From positions 827,086 through 891,085 of the forward strand of contig VJWM01000016.1 in the NCBI GenBank assembly GCA_010909165.1: a stretch of DNA of 64,000 bases, read 5' to 3'. Made by a program: the position numbers and the translations under genes. This DNA is from Anthoceros angustus. Taxonomy: Eukaryota > Plantae > Anthocerotophyta. Below, in pieces: positions 38,033 through 55,611 of the stretch; positions within the stretch are counted from its first letter, which is position 1; the number at the start of each line of letters is the position of its first letter. The notes under the pieces were generated by a model. It did not search any database. It was not told the DNA's origin and was given only the letters and a program-made list of their open reading frames with translations.

Positions 38033-39387
38033 CACGGCCTTCCAGCTTCCAGCCTCCAGGAAATCCTGACGTCAGGATGAAGTGCTCTACCCAGGTGGCG
38101 GATGGTACATGGACAAAAGCTTTTTATGTTGGCGGTGAATAGTAGTGAAAGAGAGAGGCATTGTAAGGGCATCATCTGGGGCGGTTCCGGCAAGAGTTCT
38201 TGTCTGAACGACTCACGGCCTTGTCTGGACCTGCATTCGATGTTGACATGGCTGGACTCCATCCTCCTCTTCAATGATGCTGGCATACATCTACAATCCA
38301 TAGTGTGCTTGATTTTTGTGGGACTGTCACGTTCCAGGATTTACACATCGATCATGCGTCCACTGCAGAAGGCGTGGGGGAGGGAATGAAAACCTGCTTA
38401 TCTCGGCTGCTTCCCACTCAAAGCCCAGGATCCTCACACAACTATTGCCACAGAAGCTCCTTGCTTCTCATCCTGCTCACAAGTTCCTCCCCCAGCCAGC
38501 CATTTTCTGGGACGAGCTAACCTACTTCGCCTCCAGCTTTGGCTGTTTACAAACGCCTGACTCCTCGCTGCGACCTCTGCGTCTGCGTCGGGGTTCTTGT
38601 TAGAATACCTGTCGACCCACCAAACTGTTGGATCCCCCATGGATCCTGTGGCCACGCCCATCCAGGCGTAAGACCTTCGATGACGAGCACGGGCACAAGT
38701 TGGCGGGTCGCTACCGGACGACGGCCTTCCAGCTTCCAGCCTCCAGGAAATCCTGACGTCAGGATGAAGTGCTCTACCCAGGTGGCGGATGGTACATGGA
38801 CAAAAGCTTTTATGTTGGCGGTGAATAGTAGTGAAAGAGGCATTGTAAGGGCATCATCTGGGGCGGTTCCGGCAAGAGTTCTTGTCTGAACGACTCACGG
38901 CCTTGTCTGGACCTGCATTCGATGTTGACATGGCTGGACTCCTCCTCCTCTTCAATGATGCTGGCATACATCTACAATCCATAGTGTGCTTGATTTTTGT
39001 GGGACTGTCACGTTCCAGGATTTACATCGATCATGCGTCCACTGCAGAAGGCGTGGGGAGGAATGAAAACCTGCTTATCTCGGCTGCTTCCCACTCAAAG
39101 CCCAGGATCCTCACACAACTATTGCCACAGAAGCTCCTTGCTTCTCATCCTGCTCACAAGTTCCTCCCCCAGCCAGCCATTTTCTGGGACGAGCTAACCT
39201 ACTTCGCCTCCAGCTTTGGCTGTTTACAAACGCCTGACTCCTCGCTGCGACCTCTGCGTCTGCGTCAGTTCTTGTTAGAATACCTGTCGACCCACCAAAC
39301 TGTTGGATCCCCCATGGATCCTGTGGCCACGCCCATCCAGGCGTAAGACCTTCGATGACGAGCACGGGCACAAGTTGGCGGGTCGCT
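38033..39387. repeat. ~680-bp tandem duplication (38033-38720 / 38721-39387)
   Basis: ACGGCCTTCCAGCTTCCAGCCTCCAGGAAATCC starts both units. Confidence 0.9.
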
Positions 39388-39731
39388 ACCGGACGACGGG
39401 CACCAGCCTGTGGGCCCCGTGATACCAAATGCGCTTGGCGGAGAGGCGTAAATAATACCTACAAGTTGTTGCCGTGGCTGGGAAGAAGAGCTTTCCTGTA
39501 CACACACAAGGACGTTTGATGTTGCATGGAGGCATCACTGCCTAAAGGAAGTTAGTGCCTGTTGCGTGCTTGGAGACGACGCCATCGCCACGGGCCAATG
39601 CCGGTTCTCCGGTGGACGACCGCCCACACCGTCCGCTGCACCACGTACGAAGCTTCCACACCAGCATCTGAAACGAGAAAACGTCGTCGCTTCAACCCTA
39701 ACCCTACTTTCGAAAGTGCGCGGCCGGCCGG

Positions 39732-41698
<1,967 letters not shown>

Positions 41699-43865
41699 TC
41701 TCCACAACCTTCAGGTGTCAACAGCACATCATACCAAACGAAAGCTCAGCACTCAGCTGCCAGCTGGATCCTGCCCTGCCCATATCAGTCTCCTTGCAGC
41801 CTGCAGACACCGCCTCGTGCATCAAACCAACTCCTCGGAACACGCCTCTTCCAATAATTCAGCAGCCGGGGAAGTACAAACACACAACCGGACACTCGGC
41901 TGCGACTGCCTTGGTGAGGTGAGAGAGAGAAGGGGGAGGCCAATAATGCTCCTTTTCCCTGCTGTAAAGATTTCCCTTTCCTCTACTCTACTCCATGTTA
42001 TCTCCATGGATGCAATGTAATGCCATGCTGTTAGGACTCACAAACATCACAGTCAGAGCTACGCCACAGGATCAACACAGTTAGCAGACACAAGAAGCAG
42101 AGGCAATGGATGTCGTCTGTAACAGCACCACTGGCTTGAGGTAAATAGTAAAGGTAGTCACTCACTCATATCAGCTAGACAGGACAATTATATGGTGCAC
42201 AGAAGCACTACATGTGTAGTATAGGCTAGGATAGCCCTTGGGGCTTGGCATAACCTCGAGGATATGACTCTTATCTCGATATATTCAGCATCCTATATAC
42301 TACGAGAAAGTAGCAGAGGCTTGCAATTGCCCATGTCTGCAGAATGAGCGGACTATCTAGGTCTCGCTGGCAGGTATGACACAAGCGTACATAGTCTTGC
42401 CTCCAGAGATGTTGCTACTTTTATTCATTCAAGGTTTCAGATGCCAGAGCTAGCTTCTCACAGCATGCATCTTCTTCCTCTTTTTCCTTTGTCACACAGC
42501 GGCTTCAACACCAAGTTTGTGGTGTGTGGTATGTGTGTACGTAGCTCCCTTCCTAATTCAGACGTAGATACAATGCTACTCTCTACCTTGCGCGAAATTT
42601 CATCCCTCTTCTCTCTCTCGAGAACCCACGACAAATCCTTTACATCAATGCCAGACTGTACAGCAAGTTTCTTGTTAGCTCCAGCTGACTCTCCGAGCCT
42701 GCCTACTCCTGTGCACCTGCCTGAAGCTGCATCCACATTTGCCACGAGGATGCATGGAGACGCCTGCTGCGAAACCTGGCTCACAAGACTGTCAAACCAT
42801 TCCGCTAGGACAAAAACCAGACTGTCAAAGCACCGTGTTACGCTTCCTACATCCCCATGAGTTCTGGCAAGGTACCAGGAATCGAACAGGCATTGAGAAG
42901 CAAGCAAGAGTAACATTGAGAACTAAAATCAGCCCTTGTTGCTCCAATCTTCGACACAGAGCAATCGCCTCCTGACCCAGCCCGTGCCCTGCATTCCCAG
43001 CCATCAGCATACTCAAGCCTGACACTGAGCCCAGGTCATGGACTGCTCGCCCCACAAGGTTTGTTCAGCCACACATCTCTTGAGAACACTGTACAACAGA
43101 GAAGATGACACAGTAGATCTCGATTGTGTCCGAGCCGAGAGGGTCAAGCACCATCAGCATGTCACCACATACAAGTTCGTGGTGTGCGAGAAGCATACAT
43201 GATCTAATCCACATCTCAACAGCGAAAACTCTCTTTAGTTTGACACTTATGTAATTAGAAAACATAGAGATGAGTGATCAACATGGGAGATGAGTGATCT
43301 TCAGTTTAAAATCTGAGATGGGACAATGGCACGTCCTAAATGAGAGACATCTCTCCCAGCCGGCGCTGATCAGGAAGGTAGAACAACGCATGCCTCGCAT
43401 GTGAGAGATTTAGAAGTCATTCCACCAGCGGCACGCTCTGCACTTTCAAGAAAGAGGAACGCAAATCTGCACTTGCCTTGTGAAATCAAAAGCTACAGCT
43501 ACAGCTCTACAATTGGCTCGTTCTTTCCTCCCTACCCTCTATGAGCTAGCACTTGTTCACTACTGAACACAAGGAGGCTGTGAGATGTTTCTTCTGCATG
43601 CAGCATGCGCACCTGAACTTACGAAATGACCAGAAAGGACAGATGAGAATGCACCAAGCGTGCCTGGCCTATCACCACTACTTTCTTTTGTCAATTGCAG
43701 TCGAGCCTGAACGTCCGAAATGAGTAGGAAACGACAAATGAGAACGCATTGGAACAAATGAGAAGGCGTTGGAATGCACCAACAGTGTCTCTCTCGAGAC
43801 CATACCTGAGAGCGGATTGAAGCTTGTCATCGCCACACCCAACTCCCGCTGGCCAGGCAAGTGAG

Positions 43866-46800
43866 CTATGGTGAAGACCAGTACAGTCCTCTTGTGAGGG
43901 TGGACTTAAACTCGGGACACTGGAATTTCTTTTCGATGCCCTGTCCTGATCCGCTTGCGAGTTTGACCTCCATATCCGTGACCTTGCGAATCACGTTTGT
44001 TAAGATGCTCAATACATCTGCCGTTTTAGAGCCGTCGATGATGGCTTCCATAAAAGCTGTGATAAAGTTTGTGCCTTTCTCGGTATCTCTGAAGGATTGT
44101 TGTCCAGGACTGGTGGAGTAAACAATGAGACAATCGCACACAGAATGCAGGGCTCGGACTTCTCCGGCTCTCTTGCTCACCACTTGGCTCTCCTCAACTT
44201 CAGAGTCCTCGGCTTTCTTGATTTTGATAAGGCTGCCACTTCCTCGACAAGCATTGATCACAAAGACCTTAGGCTTGTTTGCAAGATACCTGGATTCAGA
44301 GATGGGCTTCACGATATCATCATCAACATATAGCTTCTCGCCACTTGCTTCACTTATGAGGATGTAATCTCGTCCATTTTCATCGATCCCCCCATGGGCA
44401 TTCATGCAACACAGAAAGCAATCGTCGTTAGCCAGGGTAGGGACCTTGGCAAGTCTCCTAAGATAAGATTTGACGTTCTCAGATTGGTTCACCACTATAT
44501 CTGTATCGAACGCCAAATTCTTGAGAAGAGCTTCAAGTCGCCCTCTGTCGACAGCTCCACCAGGTCTGTCCTTTTCTATGCTCACAATCACTGCCAAACC
44601 TCTCGTTTGCCTGCTGCCACACTGTCATTAGGATAACTCTCTGCAAAATGTTGTACTCTGCACTGCCTGCACTTGCGGGGATAGCTGTGTAGGAGTTCCC
44701 CGACAGAAGCTGCTGTTTTTTGATTTCGATCCTACAACAAGTGCAACCTCAGAGCATGCAAGGAACAATGTATACTACAAATTTGGCAGTCATCCTACTA
44801 GAAACTACTTCACCAAAACCAGGACATTCAAACGCATTCAGATGGTTCAGAAATCCTAACCTTCATACTCTACTTCGACTCTGGCCAGATCCCCTTTTTG
44901 CCCCAAGATCACGTGCCCATCTACCACGGTTGCATACTCCTTGTTGGCCTTTAAAATAGGTGGCTGGGCTTGTGTACTGGTGGAGATAGGTCCCCAAGAC
45001 TGCGTGTAGTGTGCATAGCCCTTTTCTTTTGTAGTAGCCACCTCCTTGATAAGCTTATCTGTCAGAATGCACTGATGTTTTCTGTGTCTACATGGCGTGA
45101 GGGACACTACACATTCACGCCTCAGGACACCTTCAACTAAGGTAACCCCTGCACAACCCTCATACGAAGCACAAAATGAACGAATTTGAGATACAATATG
45201 CTCTTGCAAGAACGATAAGGACCTCAAATAACCTTCGGTGGATCGAGCTAATATATCTATGTAACAACCTATTTCTGCATTAAATTCTACAAAGATATCA
45301 AGAAACTCTGCAGATATGAGAAGCATGTTCAGCTGCAGCTTTACGTTCGAATCAATCCATCTAACATCCTCATCAACCCAACCTTTCTCCAAACAATAGG
45401 TGTACAATAAAACCTATCACGCGTACAAACAAAAACAATGTAAACGTGGTCAATAACAGAAAGCATTCACAAACTTGCGTTGCGAGTAGGACTAAGGAAA
45501 GATTCATCTTTGAAAGAGTTACATACTTGCAACCGAGGGAAAAATCCTGGTGTGAGAAATGTGCAATCTTGATCATCACATTGTAAACGCAAACCGATAA
45601 AGATGTAGTCAATAGAATCATCCTCTGCATCCTTTGCAGGCCATTTCAGTTGTCGGTCTGCTCCCGCTATATCTTCATCTCCATACATACATGTTGGTAT
45701 AAAGTAACGCACTTGATCTTCTTCATCTCTACTTTCCAAACATAGGTGTAACTCAAGAACGAGTTGGATAAATTGTTCTTCGCTCACAATGGTCTCTTCA
45801 AGCCCAACCTTGTTCAAAGACATTTTTAGAAGCTTGCTCAACCCCCACTTGCTTATAAACCCATTTTGAAGCCAATCTCGTCCATCACCAGGTTCGCCAA
45901 ATATTCCAATCAATTGACCAAAAACCCCCATTCCCAGCCATTGGAGGTTAAGCACCACAAGCCCGATATCTCAAAATATATGATTTCCCCGGAATCCTTA
46001 AGGTACGATGCAACCACTTTCCAACTATCCTCCTTTACCATGAAATCCAAAAGAAATTTTTTATAATCCTCCGAAATGTGTGGATGCTCTAATGCCACCT
46101 TACATGTGTTAAGGAATAACTCATTAAACTTGTCAATAGAAATGATTGGGGTACCTTGTTGGTCTTCAGCCCACCTTTGTACATGTATCCTTGTTTGCTC
46201 ACAAATATTGGGAACTGGGGCCAACTTGCTAACAACTTGATGCAACTTCTTCTCCAGACTAGTGCGCAATGCGTACACATCTTCCCAACTTTGTCCATTG
46301 ATAAAAGTAGGTTCATACGATAACTCCACCAAATTCGTAAACTTTTTCTTCACCAGTAACATCTCTTCACATATTGCAACAGAATGCTTATCCCCTTTAA
46401 GCTTGTCACCAAATGTTACGATGACATGTACATAAGGTCTCACCTATTGACCCAATCGCGCGTTGGAAGCAATAAATTTTAACCAATAAATAAATTCTTC
46501 CTAAAATCTTTTCTATGCTTCATATCCACGGTTGAAAAATTCCCACCCAACTTGAATGGATTGTAAACAAATAAGAAGACAGAAGAATTATTAACATTAG
46601 GAAAAACAAAATCATGCAGCGCGTGATACTCCCTATGGCCTGCAAGGTCCCAAATTGTAATCCTTAATGCGGAGCATCTTTTATCACCTTCACTTCAAAT
46701 CCAAGTGTTCGAGGTATCTCTTCCGAAATTGTTATTTCAGCATAGTCTTCATGTGTCTCCATCATCATCAAAGTGTTTCTTATGGTCGTTTTGCCTGCAA

Positions 46801-49800
46801 CAAAATCATTTTAGTGATCATTCCTAACCGGTACGGAGATATGAGCAATATGAATGCACGTCACTCGCTCTACATTCAACATGCCCTATGCCGCTTACCT
46901 GCGTATGGAAATCCACAAAGTACAAGGCGACATGATTTGACGGGCATTGTGGGAATTCCTGCCAGAGCTCTTCTATATTCCCTGTTTTGCCGCAGCACTT
47001 TATCCACTGCAGCACCTTTGCCCTGTCTTTCCCACGCAGTGTTTTCGAAAGATATACGCTCCAGATTGGTGTTCACCTGCAGAGCCTGCATGAGCTCTCG
47101 AAACATATCGTCATCCAACCCCTTCCAGTCATCCAATACCAACGTCTTGAGGTAGCGATTGGTCTGCAACGACCTGAAAAACATCTTCGAGAGGTTGCAC
47201 GATCCCGCACACTCGTGAACCAGGTGCAAACTTCTCACGGACTGGCACCTCTGCAGGATTGGCATCAGTTTGAAGTAATCGTCGTTATGGCTAGAGCCAT
47301 TGTGTCGGACTGTCACACGAGTGATGCTGCTGTTGTCACACAGTCCCTCCAATCCCCGGCTTATGAGACAGCTAGATAGCTGGAAATGCGTTAAAGTGGT
47401 GTTGGCGCGCAGCATGCGGGCCACAGCTTCTCCCAATGAAGCGTCCATAGGCTCGTGGCCAGATCCAAATATTTCTAGCCGAGGTGTCTGACAGACTCGT
47501 TGGCAGAAAGAGGCTTGGGAGCAACACTCCCAGCCTCCTGCTCTGCGTCCTGCATACCAGGGGTCAATGATCGGGCCAACAGCATGGCCATTATCCCTGC
47601 CTGCTTTGGCTTACTTCGGTCAAATCCTATCCGCAGCCCGTCAAGCGTGGTGGTTTTTGCCAGAGCATTCCCTATCTTCAATGCTCCCGCCTCATCCATG
47701 CCTATATCGGAAATCCCCAGGTTGCGAAGTGTGGGACTGCTAGTCAGGATGTCCGCCAGGTGGTCTGCTCCAGCACCTTCCACTATAGTGTCTCCAGAAA
47801 GATACAAGCTGCGGGCACTTTCTCCTATGGTCGGGTTCTCAGAAAGATACAAGCCGCGGAGCACCGAGCTGCGATTCTCTCGCAGGGCTGCAGCTATGCG
47901 ACCCAGTCCATCGGCAGTCATGCCAGTGCGTTCCATATTAAGATTTTCCAAGGTGCGGCTCGATCGCAAGGTAGCAGCCAGTGCAATGCAGGCTCCACCT
48001 GTTCCAAACCCACGGTACCCACTCAAATCCAGCAATTCCACTACTGCATTCGAGTTAAGACCTTCCAAGAACGCCGTCGCCTCTGCCACCGTCACTGTGC
48101 AATTTTGACGCCCTAGAGGGTCGAGCTCGATTGATCTGAGCGTGGGACATATACCCATAGCTGTCATAAGGCGCAAGCGCAGTTCCTGTTCCGCCTTTGG
48201 ATGTTCAACGTCCACCTCGAACAAGTACCCATAGGCTTCCACACGAGGAAGCCGACTTATAGTAGGCGAAGGTGACTCGAGCTCCGCAAGCAGGGCAAGC
48301 AGCTCCTCAGACACAGGAACTGGAATGGTGACAACAAAGACAGGGAATCGAGTCAAAACGGCAGACATGCATTCATGATTCAAACGTCTACATAGTTTCA
48401 ACAACAACAACAGCAGCTTGGAAGTTGGAATGTAAGTTGTTCCATACCTGCGTCGCCTGAAGAGGTGGCCAAAGTGGCCATCGCCGGTAGTGGCACCTGT
48501 TCCGAACCTGCAGAAGTGAGAGAAGTCAGCTCCCTGTCATATATGTCTACCTAGTTTTTGGGTTCTAACTTGTGAGACATACAGATGAAGGACAAGGGTA
48601 GCTAGCTAGTTTGGGGCACCTACCCTGACGTCCAGCGCTTCTTCTCTGTATGTTCTTTGTGAGAGCATTCTGGATGCGTATCACTTTGCCTTCACTGTCC
48701 CAGGATGTGTTCTTGATGGAAATGTTCTCCAGAACGTTTTTGCAGTTGGGTCGCAGAGACCCCATCAAGTCCCGGAACATGTAGTCATCCAACCCATCCC
48801 AGTTCTCCAACACAAGCGTCTTGAGGCTGGGGTTGTTGTGCAACCCTGGGAAGAACTCCTTGGTGAACCTGCTGGTCCCGTAGGGTTTCAAAAATATGAG
48901 GCGCAGCTCTTCCAGAGTCTTGCACTTCTGCAGAATCTCCATCACAAAGGGATCCAGCTCCTCCTCCTCCACGGAATGGTGGTGGACCAGATGCAGTGTC
49001 GTGATGCTGCTGTTGTGAGCCAGTCCCGACAACCCGCGGGTCACAAAAAAGCTGGTTACCCTCAGGACCTTCAAAGTGGTGTTCGATCGAAGCATGGCAG
49101 CCACAGCTTGTGCGAGCCCGGCCTCCGCAACCACACACTTCCGCCCTGCCCCGGATACCACAAGGCAGAGCTTGGTGATAGACTGGTTAAACGGAGGAGC
49201 AGTACTTGGACCGTGAGACTCCTCCTCCGACGAGGACACATCGCAGCTCAGGGCTCTCAAAACAGGGATTAACGTTGCTGCCTGCTCAGGGTCCTGCTGC
49301 AGGATATCCGATAAGAATCATGTCCAGAGTGCTGCTGCGAGCCACAGCGTCTGCAATCACCACGGCGCCCGCACCATCCATCCCTATCCCGAATATCCGT
49401 AACACTTTCAGAGCGCGAGAGTTGGACAGGATGCCGGCAACCTGCCGCGCCCCGGCAGCATTTCCTATCTCATTCCCATCGAGATGCAACTCGCGGAGGA
49501 CAGATCCGCTGTTGTCTCGCAAGGCTGCGGAGATATGCCCCAGGCCCTCCACACTCAGCTCGAGTCCCTGCAAGTTCAAAGTCTCCAAGCTGCGACTGTG
49601 TCGCAGGACGGCATCCGCGAGTGCAGCGCACGCTTCCGTCGTCCCGAATCCTTCGATGCTGCACAAGCCGAGCCTTTCCAACACCGGATTGCGCTTCAAC
49701 CCGTTTAGCAATGCTAATGCCTCCACGTCCCTCACGCTGTACAACCCGAGCTCCCCCAAGGGATTCAGATCGATCGTCTTGAGGCTCCGGCAGTTGCCGA

Positions 49801-52599
49801 TGGCGGACATTATCCGCAAGCGCAGCTCCCGCCTGGACGCGTCTGAATCACGCTCCCCGGCCAGGAAGTAGCTGCCCCAAGAACCCGCAGGAGGAGGCAG
49901 AGCTGGCAGGCTCGGGGAGTCGGACTCCAGGTCTTCAAGCAACGGAAGTAGGTGCTCCTTCAACAAAGCGTCCGTCAGACGTTCCCCTTGCCTTGCTTCT
50001 CCCACGAAGTACCCTCGATAGAGATGTACTTCAAGTTTGTGTTGGTGGACAGAGATCGAATCAGGTCTTCAAACATCTCATCGTCCAGCCCGTCCCAGCC
50101 ATCCAACACCAGCCTCTTGAGGCAAGGAATTTGCTTCAACCCTCGGAAGAACTCCTTGGTGAACCTGCTGGTCCCGTAGGGTTTCAAAAATCTTAGGCGC
50201 AGCTCTTCCAGAGTCTTGCACTTCTGCAGAATCTCCATCACAAAGGGATCCAGCTCCTCCTCCTCCACGGAATGGTGGTGGACCAGAAGCAGTGTCGTGA
50301 TGCTGCTGTTGTGAGCCAGTCCCGACAACCCGCGGGTCACAAAAAAGCTGCTTACGATCAGGACCTTCAAAGTGGTGTTCGATCGAAGCATGGCAGCCAC
50401 AGCTTGTGCGAGCCCGGCCTCCGCAACCACACCCTTCCCCCCTGCCAGCCCGGATACCACAAGGCAGAGCTGGGTGATGGACTGGTTAAACGGAGGAGCA
50501 GCACTTGGACCGTGAGACTCATCCTCCGACGAGGACCCATTGCAGCTCAGGGCTCTCAAAATAGGGATCACCATTGCTGCCTGCTCAGGGTCCTTCTGCA
50601 GGTCATATCCGATATCAATCCAATTCAGAGTGCTGCTGCGAGCCACAGCGTCTGCAATCACCACGGCGCCCGCACCATCCATCCCTATCCCGAATATCCC
50701 TAACACTTCCAGAGCATGAGAGTTGGAGAGGATGCCGGCAACCTGCCGCGCCCCGGCAGCATTTCCTATCTCATTCCCATCGAGATGCAACTCGCGGAGG
50801 ACAGATCCGCTGTTGTCTCGCAAGGCTGCAGAGATATGCCCCAGGCCTTCCACACTCAGCTCGAGGTCCCGCAAGTCCAAAGTCTCCAAGGTGCGACTGT
50901 GTCGCAGGACGGCATCAGCGAGTGCAGCGCACGCTTCCGTCGTCCCGAATCCTTCGATGCGGGACAAGACGAGCCTTTCCAACACCGGATTGCGCTTTAA
51001 CCCGTTCAGCAATGCCAATGCCTCCACGTCCTTCACGCTGTAAAACCCGATCTTCCACAAGGGATTCAGATCGATCGTCTTGAGGCTCCGGCAGTTGCCG
51101 ATGGCGGACATTATCCGCAAGCGCAGCTCCCGCCTGTACGCGTCTGAATCACGCTCCCCGGCCAGGAAGTAGCTGCCCCAGGAACCCGCAGGAGGAGGGA
51201 GAGCTGGCAGGCTTGGGGAGTCGGACTCCAGGTCTGCAAGCAACGAAAGCAGATGATGCTGCTTCAACAAAGTTTTCGTCAGACGTTCCCCTTGCCTTGC
51301 TTCTCCCACGAAGTACCCTCGATAGAGATGTACTCCAAGTTTGTGTTGGTGGACAGAGATCGAATCAGGTCTTCAAACATCTCATCGTCCAGCCCGTCCC
51401 AGCCATCCAACACCAGCCTCTTGAGGCAAGGAATTTGCTTCAACCCTGAAGAACTCCTTGGTGAACCTGCTGGTCCCGTAGGGTTTCCTAAATATGAGCT
51501 GCAGCTCTTCCAGAGTCTTGCACTTCTGCAGAATCTCCATCACAAAGGGATCCAGCTCCTCCTCCTCCACGGAATGGTGGTGGACCAGAAGCAGTGTCGT
51601 GATGCTGCTGTTGTGAGCCAGTCCCGACAACCCGCGGGTCACAAAAAAGCTGGTTACGCTCAGGACCTTCAAAGTGGTGTTCGATCGAAGCATGGCAGCC
51701 ACAGCTTGTGCGAGCCCGGCCTCCGCAACCACACCCTTCCCCCCTGCCAGCCCCACTACCTCAAGTCAGAGCTGGGTGATGGACTGGTTAAACGGAGGAG
51801 CAGCACTTGGACCGTGAGACTCCTCCTCCGACGAGGACACATCGCAGCTCAGGGCTCTCAAAACAGGGATCAACATTGCTGCCTGCTTAGGGTCCTTCTG
51901 CAGGTCATATCCGATATCAATCCTGTCCACAGTTCTGCTGCGAGCCACAGCGTCTGCAATCACCACGGCGCCCGCACCATCCATCCCTATCCCGAACATC
52001 CCGAACACTGTCAGAGCACGACAGTTGGACAGGATGCCGGCAACCTGCCGCGCCCCGGCAGCATTTCCTATCTCATTCCCATCGAGATATAACACGCGGA
52101 GGACAGATCCGCTGTTGTGTCGCAAGGCTGCGGAGATATGCCCCAGGCCTTCCACACTCAGCTCGAGCCCCCGCAAGTCCAAAGTCTCCAAGGTGCGACT
52201 GTGTCGCAGGACGGCATCAGCGAGAGCAGCGCCCGCTTCCGTCGTCCCGAATCCTTCGATGTGGTACAAGACGAGCCTTTCCAACACAGGATTGCGCTTC
52301 AACCCGTTCAGCAATGCCAATGCCTCCACGTCCCTCACGCTGTAAAACCCGATCTTCGGTCGGGGATTCAGATCGATCGTCTTGAGGCTCCGGCAGTTGC
52401 CGATGGCGGACATTATCCGCAAGCGCAGCTCCCGCCTGGACGCGTCTGAATCACGCTCCCCGGCCAGGAAGTAGCTGCCCCAGGAATCCGCAGGAGGAGG
52501 GAGATCTGGCAGGGTCGGGGAGACGGACTCGAGGCTGACGAGCAGGGAAACCAGCTCGGCGGGAAGAGGCGGAGGCGGAGGCGGAAGCGGTTCCGCCAT
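43866..52599 (-). pseudogene. LRR-Roc-COR-caspase, copy 2, with three tandem A-type LRR modules; TGG>TGA at 51766 plus frameshifts
   Basis: Same exon layout as copy 1; caspase intron at 44732-44860; catalytic motifs CCMNAHGG and KPKVFVINACRGSG; A modules at ~52599-51310, 51309-50006 and 50005-48623. Confidence 0.85.
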
Positions 52600-53606
52600 A
52601 GCCGAAACTTGAGCAGAACGTGCGAGCAGGACAACCAGGTCGGCAGGAAGAGTCGGTTCCGCCGTAGCCCAAACTTCACAACAACATCACAGCTTCTCCG
52701 ACTGATGCCGGGCCACCGGGCTCGGAAGAGGCAAGCGCAGGACAACAGAACCGAGGGCTGGTCTCTGGCTTCTGGCAAGTAGGAAGGAAAGGCGTGATTT
52801 TGATTCGTCACTGCTGGCCGGCGCGGAGCAGCACGCAACGGAGCAAGTTGGGCAACGTGCATGCCAGCGAGGCGCGCGTCGACTTCTTTACAATCACTCT
52901 ACATTACATTACTTGCGTCACATGGCTGCCAGCCCTTCAGTCAACATTTTTCATTCCTGCACGATGTCTGCCGAATGTTGTCGGCTTTCACGACTTTCTC
53001 TTGTGGACGACGACGGCCTTCCAGCCTCCAGGAAATCCTGACGTCAGGATGAAGTGGTCTACCCAGGTGGCGGATGGTACATGGACAAAAGCTTTTTATG
53101 TTGGCGGTGAATAGTGAAAGAGAGAGGCATTGGCGGTTCCGGCAAGAGTTCTTGTCTGAACGACTCACGGCCTTGTCTGGACCTGCATTCGATGTTGACA
53201 TGGCTGGACTCCCTCCTCCTCTTGAATGATGCTGGCATACATCTACAATCCATAGTGTGCTTGATTTTTGTGGGACTGTCACGTCCCAGGATTTACACAT
53301 CGATCATGCGTCCACTGCAGAAGGCGTGGGGGAGGGAATGAAAACCTGCTTATCTAGGCTGCTTCCCACTCAAAGCCCAGGATCCTCACACAACGTTTGA
53401 TGTTGCATGGAGGCATCACTGCCTAAAGGAAGTTAGTGCCTGTTGCGTGCTTGGAGACGACGCCATCGCCACGGGCCAATGCCGGTTCTCCGGTGGACGC
53501 CCGCCCACACCGTCCGCTGCACCACGTATGAAGCTCCCAGACCAGCATCTGAAACGAGAAAACATCGCCGCTTCAACCCTACTTTCGAAAGTGCGCGGCC
53601 GGCCGG

Positions 53607-55611
<2,005 letters not shown>

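Noticed and set aside
38033-39387. Possible gene in the 680-bp duplicated segment
   Set aside because: Reading frames are not conserved between copies and no motif was recognised.
39690-39710. Telomere-like AACCCTAACCCTA at a rearrangement junction
   Set aside because: Only two units, absent from the sister junction at ~53575; best explained as local slippage.
42458-42916. 152-aa minus-strand ORF between EPSPS and the PPR remnant
   Set aside because: Broken in the other two units and without a recognisable domain.
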